From positions 1,736,968 through 1,800,967 of the forward strand of contig CAJFCJ010000009.1 in NCBI GenBank assembly GCA_904063045.1: a DNA stretch of 64,000 nt, written 5' to 3'. Shown one piece after another: positions 11,932 through 23,441 of this stretch. A program made the position numbers and the translations under genes. Origin of the DNA: Dimorphilus gyrociliatus (taxonomy: Eukaryota; Animalia; Annelida). A model generated the notes under the pieces. That model was given only the letters and a program-made list of their open reading frames with translations, had not been told where the DNA came from and did no database searches. Each line of letters starts with the position of its first letter. Position 1 is the first letter of the stretch.

Positions 11932-13317
11932 TTATGGAAATGCATCGGGATATTCGCACTTCTTGTAAAGATGGCAGTGAAGAGAGAGAAATCTTGAAAG
12001 TAAAAAATTAAGCAAACTTTACTATTTTAGTAAAAAAAAATTTAGAATTACCTTGTCGGATCTTTTGCATAGGTAAATCCCCTAACATTGATCGTATTAC
12101 TAAACGTTCCATCACCCTTGGGATTACTATAGCTAACTGTGATCTGACAGATGAGAAAAGTTTTTCCAATTGTGAAACAAGTTAATTAAATAATTAAACA
12201 GTACCTCATTATTTAGGGCACCTTCCTGATATCTCCATAAACCCTCTAAATGAGAGTGAAACCGTTTGATTTTTGTTAGTTTTGAGTTTGTGAAATCATC
12301 TGTATATTAGTAAAAAAATTATGAGTTAATACTTATGATGCATAAAGAGACAAAATCTTTTCCAATGCTTACAAATAATATAACCAATTACGCAATCATC
12401 AGGAAGGTGGATGCGTTCACATTCGCTTCTTAACTTTCCTCCACTAAAAAAAAAGAGAGTAAGTTTCACTTGCAAAGAAGACTATTGATTCATACCCTGC
12501 ATATGGTTCGATTTTTAGGGCCAAACTCCTACTAATACAAAAGCCAGCCCCACCTGTTGCAAACCAGAAATGAAATGGCTTCTGAAAATTGATTTTGACT
12601 ACTTAGAATTACAACAATTTGAATTTAATAAGTCATACTCGATCTCTATCAATTTCTAAGGGATGAGATGTAGATGGTCGCCCTATATACCAATCTCTAC
12701 TTGGCTCATATCGAGAAAGTAATTCTTTGAGAGCTTTTACATTGACATAGGTATCGTCATCGACATGACACCACCATTTTTTATTTGACTTAAGGAATGC
12801 ATCAAATTCGTATGACATTTTACAGCACAAAGCAGATCGACTATGTAAATTATCGCAATTTGTTTTAATTGATCGAAGTCCAGTTTTTTCGAATATTTCA
12901 TCATTATCATCAGTAAATACTGCAACCTAAAAGAACATTATTTCTTAATAGACGATATTAAATAAGTATTGTAAAACTACAAACGCTGTTAGGTATCAGC
13001 GATATCCAAGTTGCTCTTAGGATATCAATTCTTGATCGGTGAAACTTTTTTGTAGTTTTTATAGATATAAAAACGTCCTTCATTGAAAGAGATTTAACAT
13101 GATTCTCTTTTAAATTGCTTGTTATTACTTTTCTTGGTAGTTTAATAGTTGAAATTACTATTGTACTACTATTAGTTGTACTATTCAACGATTGAAGGTG
13201 CTCCTTTTCTGAAGAATGTTTTGGTAATTGGTACTGATTTCTTAGTAAATACAGCAACAATAAAAAAGAAGATAATAAGGTTATATTTAAACATAGCCTC
13301 TTAAGACGCAATCTCAT
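11932..13317 (-). CDS. fng: Fringe beta-1,3-N-acetylglucosaminyltransferase (GT31)
   Basis: Type II anchor; [73 protein letters not shown]. Confidence 0.92.
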
Positions 13318-13992
13318 GGCGAAGTGAAATGCATATATGCCCTCTTTTTCTTATGTAGATGATAACTGGTCCTAAAACGGAACCGGAAAAACAAACATTT
13401 TGGCGGAATTATTAAATTTTTTCTATGTAGTATAATATATTGTAAATTCATTTGAAATTTATCACGTTTATTTGTAAACTAAAGAGTCATTTTGTGAATT
13501 TTACCAAGGTTAGTTATATCTATTACACTGAACTTTAAACGATAATATAAGTATCTCTGAGATATGCAAGTTTATAAAATATTTAATGATTCTGTTTCAT
13601 ATTTTAGAATTCAACTAAAATGTTTAACAAATTAAAAAACAATAAATACTAGCTTCGGGACTAGTAGATGACACTAGTAATTTCAGGGAATTCTACAATG
13701 TTTTTGTTTCAAGTTTAGTTACTGTTTAAGCGGCTATATCACATTTCCAGGAAAACGAACGATAATAGAGGTATTTTCCAGAATTTAAAATAGACGTGAA
13801 GACACATTTCTAGTATATATATGCTGTATTAAACAGGAATTATTGATAAATAAAAAAAAGTATAATTACTGTACAAGTAATAATGGATCAAACTCACTTA
13901 ATATGTTACTATAGTGATTAAAAGAAGAGAGCGTGAGTATAATTTATTCAAAACATCCATGTACTTTCTCTTATAAGAGTCGTAGAGAATTC

Positions 13993-16060
13993 TTAATTTT
14001 GAAAAATTTCGATATATTCCCTTACTATAAATACTATATTACCAGAGAAAAGGAGTGAAAATAAAGTATGACGAAATATAACAAGCTGAAAAACAAATAA
14101 TGAATAAGATTATATATCATAATTGATATTGAAAAGATGAAGAAATTACCCATTTTGGAAGATTTGCTGAACAGTTCGTTTGGTTACAGTTTGTTTGACC
14201 ATTTGGATAAGCTTGTTGTTCTTTTTCATTCATACCATTCCCTTTTTCCTTCATATCTACATTTTCTGAGCCAGTTATTTTTTTATCTGAAGAAAAAATG
14301 GAAAGTATATTTTCCTGTGATATAAAGTATTGTAAATTTACTTACTATGTGAAGCTGTGGCATAATCAGCTATTCTCATTAATATAGACAAAGCAATATA
14401 AAACATACAGTGACCAAAGTATACCCAAAGCATCCATTTTGGCATGTTTATTTTTCCTAATCTTGTGCCAACCATCATTACAAAAACTGAAGCATACAAA
14501 AGCTTATCAGTAATGGTATTTTGTAACGGTAAAATAATATTTAAATGCATTGTTTTTCAACTACATACATCCGAGTGAATAAGACAGGTATCCTACTATT
14601 GTATGGCAAGTTACGAAGGTGCTTCGATGCTGAGAGTCTAAGCCTGGACGTAGCATTCCCATAATTGGCTGTTTAGTTTAGTTGAAATTTTAATAAATTA
14701 AGATATAAACGGTAATATTTACATTTATCACAGCAAATGACATAACAATTATTCCGACAATCGGATGTGCCTTTGTAAAACTAGTGGCCGGCTGAAGGAA
14801 AAACAATTGGAAATTATCATTTATCAAGATGAAATAGGAAGAAAGAATAAATTTATTTACGCTGGAATATCCTCCAACTTCTACGAATATTAAGATAAAA
14901 GCAATAGAACTTAATAGTACACCGGATAATACGAAAATTCGATGCAACTGAAAGGTAAATCGACAAGTTTTTAAAAAGGGAAATATAATTTGACATTTGA
15001 TTTCTAACTTACCCAAAACCACAATTTAACTCCTTTACAATCTTTATTTCCAATGTAATCTTTGTAATACCTTGCAATAAATACTCCACAAGGAATAAAG
15101 AATGCCCAGGCAAGTGTCATTAGAGCGGCATGAGCTTTAACACGACCAGGCGCCGCATTTGAACCACCAGTATTTTTCTTTGTAGTCAAATCAACTTTAT
15201 CAGTAATTTTTTTATTGTCACCATGATAAGTCAGTTTAGAATCAGATACACTGCCTCTTGCGACAAACAAGTGATATTCTGTTCCTGCGCTAATGTTAAA
15301 AACTTGACTGCCAAATTGCGCTTTATTTCTTGAAAAACTGCATCTTACTCTTGAATCTTCAACTTCAGTTTTAACAGAAGTAATTCCATTATAATTGGAA
15401 ATTGTCTCCGGGGTTGATTGTCCCTTTGAATAAGAAATCTCGACTCTTGGATTTGAGCCGGATATTTTTAAACAAGCGAGTATAGAATCGTCACCCATCT
15501 TCTTATCTTTTGACAAGCCAAGTGCAACATAGTCAGTTTTTGCAGACATTGAAAAATCTACTAAATCCCCATTATCTTTCCAAGTAATCATAGCGTCACA
15601 CTTAAATTCGTCACTACAATCGTCGGGTTCCCGATAGCATCCTATAGTTGTACCACATTCTTTTTCAATATCTCCAGCCTATTAAAGTCTTATATTAGTA
15701 ACAATTCCATAATATATTACATACATCAAATCTAACTATCAGTCATAGTAGGCTAGAGGTGAATTTAAGAAGGTTTTTCAAAGTATTTGATACTAATAGT
15801 ATAAATTATCGATTGGGGTTAAAATTAGGAGCATTTACATTTTAATGAAAGTCAAAGATTCAATAGTGGTATAAACCAAAGCAACTTGTTTCTAATAAAT
15901 AGAAGGAAGATTAGCATAAATATAATTGATCTATCTAATCTAATATTCGAACAAAACAATAAAATTGTTTTAACGACTTCAAATATAAATAGAAAGAGTT
16001 TACAACCTGTATTAAAGTAGACATGCAGAGAAGACATATTATTCTTAGCCGAACTGTCAT
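13993..16060 (-). CDS. FRRS1: DOMON + cytochrome b561 protein, ferric-chelate reductase 1-like, no reeler domain seen
   Basis: Signal exon MTVRLRIICLLCMSTLIQ| (phase 0) joins the DOMON exon (KMGDD, TYHG). The b561 domain keeps all four heme His (KAHAALM, LHRIF, KAHPIVG, TCHTIVG); last exon 13993..~14088 encodes a terminal hydrophobic segment. The symbol denotes family, not proven orthology; the start is inferred. Confidence 0.85.
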
Positions 16061-16707
16061 CGTATCCTCTTTTCTTCTTGTAAATACTGTTAATTTTTAA
16101 GAAAAATTTTATTAAAATCCCTCTCTTAAATCTTATACCAATAAATTATTGCCCAGGTAAGTTCCAATAAAAACAATATCTTTATAATAACCTATGTATA
16201 TATAGAATCATACAATTGTATAAATTAATTCATACTATATATATACGTACTAACAATCCGCCAGACAGTCGTAATATTATGCAGCAGAACTAGTCAAACT
16301 GTAATGTTTATTGAATTTATATTTATATTCTCTACCTTTGCCTGGTTACTGATTCCTCTTCAAATGGTTAACCTGTAATCAGAGCAGCTCAGAATCATAA
16401 TGGACATGGAAACTGATGGCCAACGTATCTTTTGTGTCTAATCTTTAAAAATAGATTTTTATATGTAATTAGTGCATTAAAGATAGTACATAAAATTCCC
16501 ATTGTTTAATTAAAATTTATATGCATTCTTACTAATATATTGCATTCATCATAAAACTATATTTTTAAATTAAAACTATTATCAAGTGAATATAAACAAT
16601 TGTTTTGTTTGCGATGAAATGCGACAAACGTAATATATAGATGAACTTTAATGTCCTGTTTACCTGTTTAATGAAAAGGACGATCCCAAACCTAGAGAGG
16701 GGGGAAA

Positions 16708-16717
16708 GCTGAGTCAT
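16708..16717 (-). promoter_or_regulatory. Candidate antioxidant response element (ATGACTCAGC)
   Basis: Exact RTGACnnnGC core with embedded AP-1 site, ~650 nt upstream of the FRRS1-like ATG; sequence match only. Confidence 0.35.
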
Positions 16718-17002
16718 GGTTAATAGTGGGAAAAAGTGTCTCATTTTATAGGTTTTCAACTTTTATATTATCCATAATTCCTGAGAATTCTAGCTATAAT
16801 TAAGATTAGAAATATGAAATAGATTCGATATTGCTCAGATTTTAATACATTAATTGAGTAATTTAATTAAATATATGATAATCTACTAAATTTTAGTTTG
16901 TAATTGGTTTGTTTTATGTTATGATTAGATAAGATTATACCAATTGTGGGATAGTGAGCTAGTGCTATTGAAGTTATTAACTAATGAAAGAGCTCATAAA
17001 TA

Positions 17003-17005
<3 letters not shown>

Positions 17006-17035
<30 letters not shown>
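17006..17035. repeat. (GA)15 microsatellite
   Basis: Read directly. Confidence 0.95.
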
Positions 17036-17039
<4 letters not shown>

Positions 17040-19235
17040 AGCTTTATTAATCTTTTTTTCATCTTTTTTCTTAAAAACTAAAAAGTGCACTTTTTTTTAC
17101 AGAAAAAAAATCTGCACTGAAAAATCTAGGTGGGTTATTTATGATACAAATGTTTACTACTAAATAACCTTGACCGGGCGCGATGATTGATTAAATTGAA
17201 TATGTTTTTTTACTGCTTTCTGAGTGAAGTACATAACTAACAGTAAAAAATTTTAGCTTTGAAAAGATAGTAAAGATATAGTCTTATATTCTTTTGACGT
17301 AGAAAGTAGGTTTCTATGAGTAGTTGTAACATTTTATTTATATATGATTTCAATCATAAAATATAACGGATCTCTTCTCTTATAACTTAAATTATTGAAA
17401 AGGGTGACAAGAAAGGGAAGATAAGTGATTACGTGAATAGAATCATTGGTCTATTTGTCGCACTATACTGAGCTATATCAGCGTCAACTATCTTCTTTAC
17501 AATAAACATCTGTAAATGAATATGTACTAGGTAATTAAAGTAATCATCATTTTTTCAGCCATATTTTTTGTTGATGGTAGTTTTAGTGCAGGAGAAAATA
17601 AATTGAAAATACTGCACTATAACCCTCTTATGCTCACTAGCTGTTTCCATAATAATCATGATAAAGTGTATATATTTTCCAACAATATTATGAAAACAAT
17701 TCAATAATTTATACTTCTTTATCACCATGAAAATACGAGAGCTAATGTATGATGAATATATAAAAATAACTATAAATAGAAAATATAAGTGATATTAAAT
17801 AGTTCCAAGCTTATTATCTCTTCATAAATATTGCTGGTTAGTTGTTTTCTTTGATGAAGAAGATTCAGTATGTTGCTTTCGTTATAAAATTCTGTCAACT
17901 TGCTCTCCTTACTAATTCAGTTGTTCCTTAATAGTTTAATTTAGCGACTGAGTAGATTCTTCTTACTTGAGAAAACAGTAATTGTCAATGATGTATTCTG
18001 GAAAAATATAGTAAAAATAGTAAAAACAAAAGAATTAAAAGTATACAAAACTTATTTGGAATTATATTACAATCTTTTCTTTAGTATCATCTTCTTTTCT
18101 TAATAATTTTGAGACAATTTGACCTATTTCTTTTCCCTAAGATGAAAAATTTTCTCAACATAGAATAGATACATTATATCTAATTTTGATGTATTTCTAG
18201 TACGAAATATTCAGTCACTGGTGAATTTCTCATCTCATTTCTAATGTGATAAAGAGATTTCATTACACTTGCCAATCAGAATTTAAAATAATAACGCAGT
18301 AGATATTGAGGGTTTATCGTCAAATTTCTGCAAACATACCTGTAATATCTTATTATCTAGAGAGAATTATTGAAGATTATGCAAAAGAGAATAATAGATA
18401 ACTTATCTCTATGTTTCGTTGTCTGTACCATTTTGTCTACTTCAAATTATTAAATATAATAATTACATTTTAAAATTAGTCTTTATTATTCTAATAATAA
18501 TTTTATTTAGTGATAAGAAATGACCTACTTTATATTAATACTATCTAAAATTAATTGTTATGTAAATTAGGTGACTATAGATTTATTGTTTTAAGAAATA
18601 AGACATTATATATATATATATCTGTATATAAAAAAATGAGAGTTCACTTATAGTTTGTATTCTACATAGAAGTTGACAAAAGTTGAGTGCAAACTTTCTA
18701 TTAGAATATTTAATTAACTAAGGCTTTTAGAGATATTTATTAACGTACATATACATACACACATATAAATTTTATACTATATTTGTACGAATTTATATAA
18801 TTGATGGAATTGATGAAATAATAGTGAGATGCTATCTTCAAAGAAACGAAAGCTCCTAACACAGACTAAATATGGTAGTTAGAGAACTGATAGAATATTC
18901 TTTAATCGATAGGTATAGTCTACTTTTGGTGTTTTTCTCTTCAAATATATTTCAGTACTAATCACTAAAACACCCAGAAAATGGAATCTATGTAAAGTAA
19001 CTATAAACAGTCTTTTTTTGTTTATGTACTTTGCCATAGAGCTACGTTAAAGGCGTTAAAACATTATTTATTTGAAGGAATATACCTAAAATTAAGAAGA
19101 ATTTAATTTATTCAAATTTAAACATTAATATTATGAATATGCATAAGGTACAGCATTGACGAATAGAATAAATATATTAACAAAATAAGAACATATCACA
19201 ACAGTGTCTTCAATTAACAATGAGGCAGATATACG

Positions 19236-19970
19236 TTATCTCGTTAAATAGTATAGTTTCTCAAGGACAAAGGGTGTTAAAGCGGAGAATAATATGTTGA
19301 AAAAGTTGCTTTTAATCAAATTTCCTGTAGCGCCTAGTCCATGAGGATTTATTCTAAAGTAAATACTTTCTACCGAATAATCTCTGTCATTGAAATGATA
19401 ACCGACTTTATCATTTCTAGTTTCTCCTCCAGCCGTTAAGAGAAAGAAATTGGTGGAGGTAAAATCAAAGGGCGTAGAAGTATATTTTTTACGTAACAAG
19501 GAAAATCGGCATCGAATGACTGAGTCTCTAATTTCTTCTCTCGCATTTGAGAATCCTCCAAAATCAATTTTACTTAAAGTTTTGTAATATGACCTATAAG
19601 TTTCTAAAGTTGGAAGTCCCTCAGACGTTTTACGGCATAGCTGAATGTGATCTCCACCCATGTATTGATCTCTAGAAAAACCCATAGCAACGTAATCTTT
19701 TTTACCCATCATTTCGAAATGAACGAAATTGTTTTCAGCTTTCCACGTAATAATTCGTTGACAACTCTTCTCACTATTACAATCTGCTGGTACTTTGTGA
19801 CAAAATTTATCCTCGTCACAGTCGGATAGGTCAATTGCTTCACTCTGAAAAAAGTGGATGAAGCAAGTAAACAATTTTTACAGTGGTATGATCGATAATT
19901 GGTGAGAAAATACCTGAACATTTATTACAGTTGTCTGCAGTATAATAATAATAATACTTATGAGCTTCAT
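19236..19970 (-). CDS. Secreted single-DOMON protein, possible GPI anchor or C-terminal membrane tail
   Basis: Signal exon MKLISIIIIILQTTVINVQ| plus DOMON exon (DYVAMGFS, YMGGD, RCRF, GYHF); moderately hydrophobic C-terminus ending in charged residues. Confidence 0.85.
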
Positions 19971-20844
19971 CCTAAAGATGAGATTTTTCTCTATCAAATA
20001 TAAACATAATTCAATTAAATTTATTAAAGAAGATATTAATTTATATGGAATTAGAGACTATTTACATAATCTCCAAGGTGCTACAATCGAGCCCAGTTCG
20101 TTGCTCTCATGCCTTTCTATACGTATTGAACTAAGGAAAGCAATGAATCAGAATAATCTTTAGTATGGTTACCTGCTAAAATTTAAACATAGATATGTCC
20201 TGGATACTGATCAAGGAGTTTGTGACGAAAAACAAGTAAAGCATGCAATGAATCATTCAAGATTCCAAGCTTAAGTGTTCAAAAATTTATTTATTTTTAA
20301 AACATCAGGATGGAAAGTGATATCATTCACTTGTTCAATTAATTAAATACTTAATACATTATGCTATTTTTAGCATTTTCATAATTTAACAAAAGAAAGA
20401 AAACTCCATCAATATTCTATTTCTTTAATGTGCAATCATTTAAAAAGAATTACAGTATTATTCAATGAAAAAAATAAAAAATCTTCATTCTAGCACACCC
20501 TCTCACCCATGTTTCATCTCCCTCTCTCTTTCATTGTCTATCTGTACTTGAATATTTTTTTTTTTTATTGAAAACTCCAATCAATTCTCTTTCGGGCAGT
20601 AACTACAAACACGGTTTGTGCTTTTGTTACAAGGTGTAGTCATTCAGAGCATACAGGCCTACAGTAATATCATTCTAACATAAGGAAAAAACTGTAAAGT
20701 CATTGTGATTAAGAACGAGTACCTATAAATAAAAGGGTATTTGTTTAGAATATTTCAAACGTATGTATTATTATACTACAAAGAACTATTTAAAAGTAAT
20801 ATTTTGGAAGGTTTTAACAGCTATTTGTTGTTCGACCATACATA

Positions 20845-21595
20845 TTAATTAAGAATTGCAGCAAGCACAAATAATAGACTGGTTAAGGTTACAATCTTAA
20901 GATTATTATACGTTGTTATTGAATTTCCCCCAGATCCACCAGATCCGCCAGATCCACCAGATCCACCAGAATTTGGCTTTTTGGAGAAGTCAATTTTAGA
21001 ATCTGTAAAAAATCTTGATGAATGTCGTGTTAGGCCGTTGCCTTCTGTGTCTCCTATCGCCACAAATAGGATATACGACTTTCCCGATCCTATATCAAAA
21101 ACATTGCTATTTCCTGTAGACTTGGGTCTGTCAAATTTGCATCTAAGAACGGCTCCGTCAACTTTGTTACTTATACCAGTTAGCCCATTGTAAGAGACAT
21201 CACTTGGTGGAGATCTGCCGCTAGACTTGTAGGTTTTAACTACTGGACCTCCTGAAGATTGCTTTAAACAGGCGTGAATAGAATCGTCACCCATTACCTT
21301 ATCATTTGAGAAACCAATACCAATATAATCCTTCTTACCAGCCAATTCGAATTGGATTGAATTTCCATTTTCTTTCCATGTAACAATAGCACTGCAGTCA
21401 CCTTCATCTTTGCAACCTGGTGTTTTCCAACAATTTATGGTTTTGCCACATTCAGCCAAATTAATTTTCTGTCCCTGAATTAATTTTCAAAGTTTTTTCC
21501 TAAAAATATAAACATAAAACTATCTGTACCTGAATGAACTGGAATAAAAAGCAGGCTATAAAAACGCAGAAACTGGAATGATTAGTAATTTCCAT
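20845..21595 (-). CDS. Single-DOMON protein with Gly/Ser linker and GPI-like tail
   Basis: Signal exon MEITNHSSFCVFIACFLFQFIQ| plus DOMON exon (GIGFSNDKVMGDDSIHAC, RCKF, TRHS); GGS linker; tail IVTLTSLLFVLAAILN*. Confidence 0.87.
20927..20970 (-). repeat. Coding 9-bp tandem repeat encoding (GGS)n
   Basis: ccagatcca-type unit about four times; translates as SGGSGGSGGSGGSGG. Confidence 0.9.
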
Positions 21596-22193
21596 TTTTA
21601 AATTGAAACTTTCAAATTTTTTTTATAATTTCTTTTAAAATGGGTAATACTGATTAATTGCTTTGTCCCTGTTTACTTTACTGGTACGTTTGGCTCCCTC
21701 CTACAGATTATATACGTTTGCGCCGCAATTGAAGTGTGGTTGCCTGTCCCTGATAATTTACTTATTGGATAATTATAGCAGATTATCTTGAAACATACAG
21801 TATATAGTATTACATCTAATTTACATAAAGATATGCTAATTTTATGGTATATATAAAAGAGAATAGTAAGAACCAGGGTTAGGGTATTTAAACAGTAAAA
21901 TTACACGTAAACCAAACATTACTGTGTTAAAAATAAATATAATGAAGAACTGGAAATTAACGACAATAATTTTCAAGAAATATAATATTTAAAACTAGAC
22001 ATTTTGATAAGAATTACATTCACTGATATATCAATATTTGTATTTCGTATATATCACCAAACAAAACAATTTAGCATGGTTTCAATTATGCAAATTATCT
22101 ATGTTTTGAAGCTAACTGGATATTATTATAATCTCATTATAAATGAAACGTTTCATTATTATCTTAAAGCATATGAAGAAATTATATAAGAAT

Positions 22194-23441
22194 TTAATTG
22201 CTCAAAACTTGAATAACGATGAGGAGAGTGGACGTTAAAAGCAAGATTGATAAATTGCTTTTTATAGCTTCAGCTGAGCTTCCAGCGGGTGAAGAGGTAT
22301 AATCTATTTTACCATCAGAATGACCTCTTTCTGCTTTAACATGTGCTGTTAGTTCGTTTCCTGATAGGTCTCCCATTGCCCAAAACAGAATATACTTCTT
22401 TCCTGAATCCAGATCGAAAACATCTGTATTTCCAGTTTTTTGGGGTCGGGTAAATCGACATCGAAGTACTGAACCCTCACTTTCAATCTTTTTATTTGTC
22501 AACCCATTGTAGGAAACAAGTGGTGGCTTACTTTCGCCAGTTGACTTGTAGGTATTAATAACAGGATTTCCTGTTGATGGTTTCAGACATGCATGAATAG
22601 AATCGTCACCCATAGCTTCATCACTCGAAAAACCAATAGCGGCATATTGTTTCTTTCCCATTACCTCAAAATCTAAATCGTTTCCATTTTTTTTCCAAGT
22701 GACAATACCGATACAATCTGTTTCATCTTTACAGCTGCTTGGTTTCTTCCAACAATTTTTCGTTTTTCCACAGTCAGTCATATCAAGATTTCCAGTTGAG
22801 GGTGAAGAAGGAAGTTTTGTGTAATCTATTTTACCATCAGAATGACCTCTTTCTGCTTTAACATGTGGTGTTAGTTCGTTTCCTGATAGGTCTCCCATTG
22901 CCCAAAACAGAATATACTTCTTTCCTGAATCCAGATCGAAAACATCTGTATTTCCAGTTTTTTGGGGTCGGGTAAATCGACATCGAAGTACTGAACCCTC
23001 GCTTTCAATCTTTTTATTTGTCAACCCATTGTAGGAAACAAGTGGTGGCTTACTTTCGCCAGTTGACTTGTAGGTATTAATAACAGGATTTCCTGTTGAT
23101 GGTTTCAGACATGCATGAATAGAATCGTCACCCATAGCTTCATCACTCGAAAAACCAATAGCGGCATATTGTTTCTTTCCCATTACCTCAAAATCTAAAT
23201 CGTTTCCATTTTTTTTCCAAGTGACAATACCGATACAATCTGTTTCATTTTGACAGCCGCTTGGTTTCTGCCAACAATTTTTCGTTTTTCCACAGTCAGT
23301 CATATCAATTTCGGCATTCTATAATAAATAAACTAGACTTATCTCACCTCGAAGACTTTTTATGAGAAATACTACCTGAATATAAGCGATAGATATAAGG
23401 AGAATTACGGACCAAAGATAGAACATTGCCTCCTTCATCAT
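22194..23441 (-). CDS. Double-DOMON protein with GPI-like tail
   Basis: Signal exon MMKEAMFYLWSVILLISIAYIQ| plus an exon with two near-identical DOMON domains; tail SSAEAIKSNLSILLLTSTLLIVIQVLSN*. Confidence 0.88.
22298..23308. repeat. Direct tandem duplication, 522-bp period (copies ~22298..22786 and ~22820..23308)
   Basis: Seven substitutions counted by eye over ~489 aligned bases. Confidence 0.95.

Noticed and set aside
13647-13666. Small hairpin TACTAG-cTTCGg-GA-CTAGTA with a UUCG tetraloop
   Set aside because: The tetraloop is on the strand opposite both flanking genes, and a 6-7 bp stem is expected by chance.
17171-17185. GACCGGGCGCGATG resembling the 5' end of 7SL/Alu RNA
   Set aside because: Similarity stops after ~12 nt; no SRP RNA body follows.
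13400-17200. Iron-responsive element in the UTRs of the ferric-reductase-like gene
   Set aside because: CAGTG loops near 13530 and 17115 lack a paired 5-bp upper stem and bulged C.
17770-18140. Minus-strand exon-like pieces, one faintly CARD-like (NILNLLHQRKQLTSNIYEEII)
   Set aside because: Could not build a phase-consistent model with a start; a ~47-codon open stretch is within chance. Worth revisiting only if RNA-seq shows coverage.
21875-21884. AGGGTTAGGG telomere-like motif
   Set aside because: Fewer than two full repeats.
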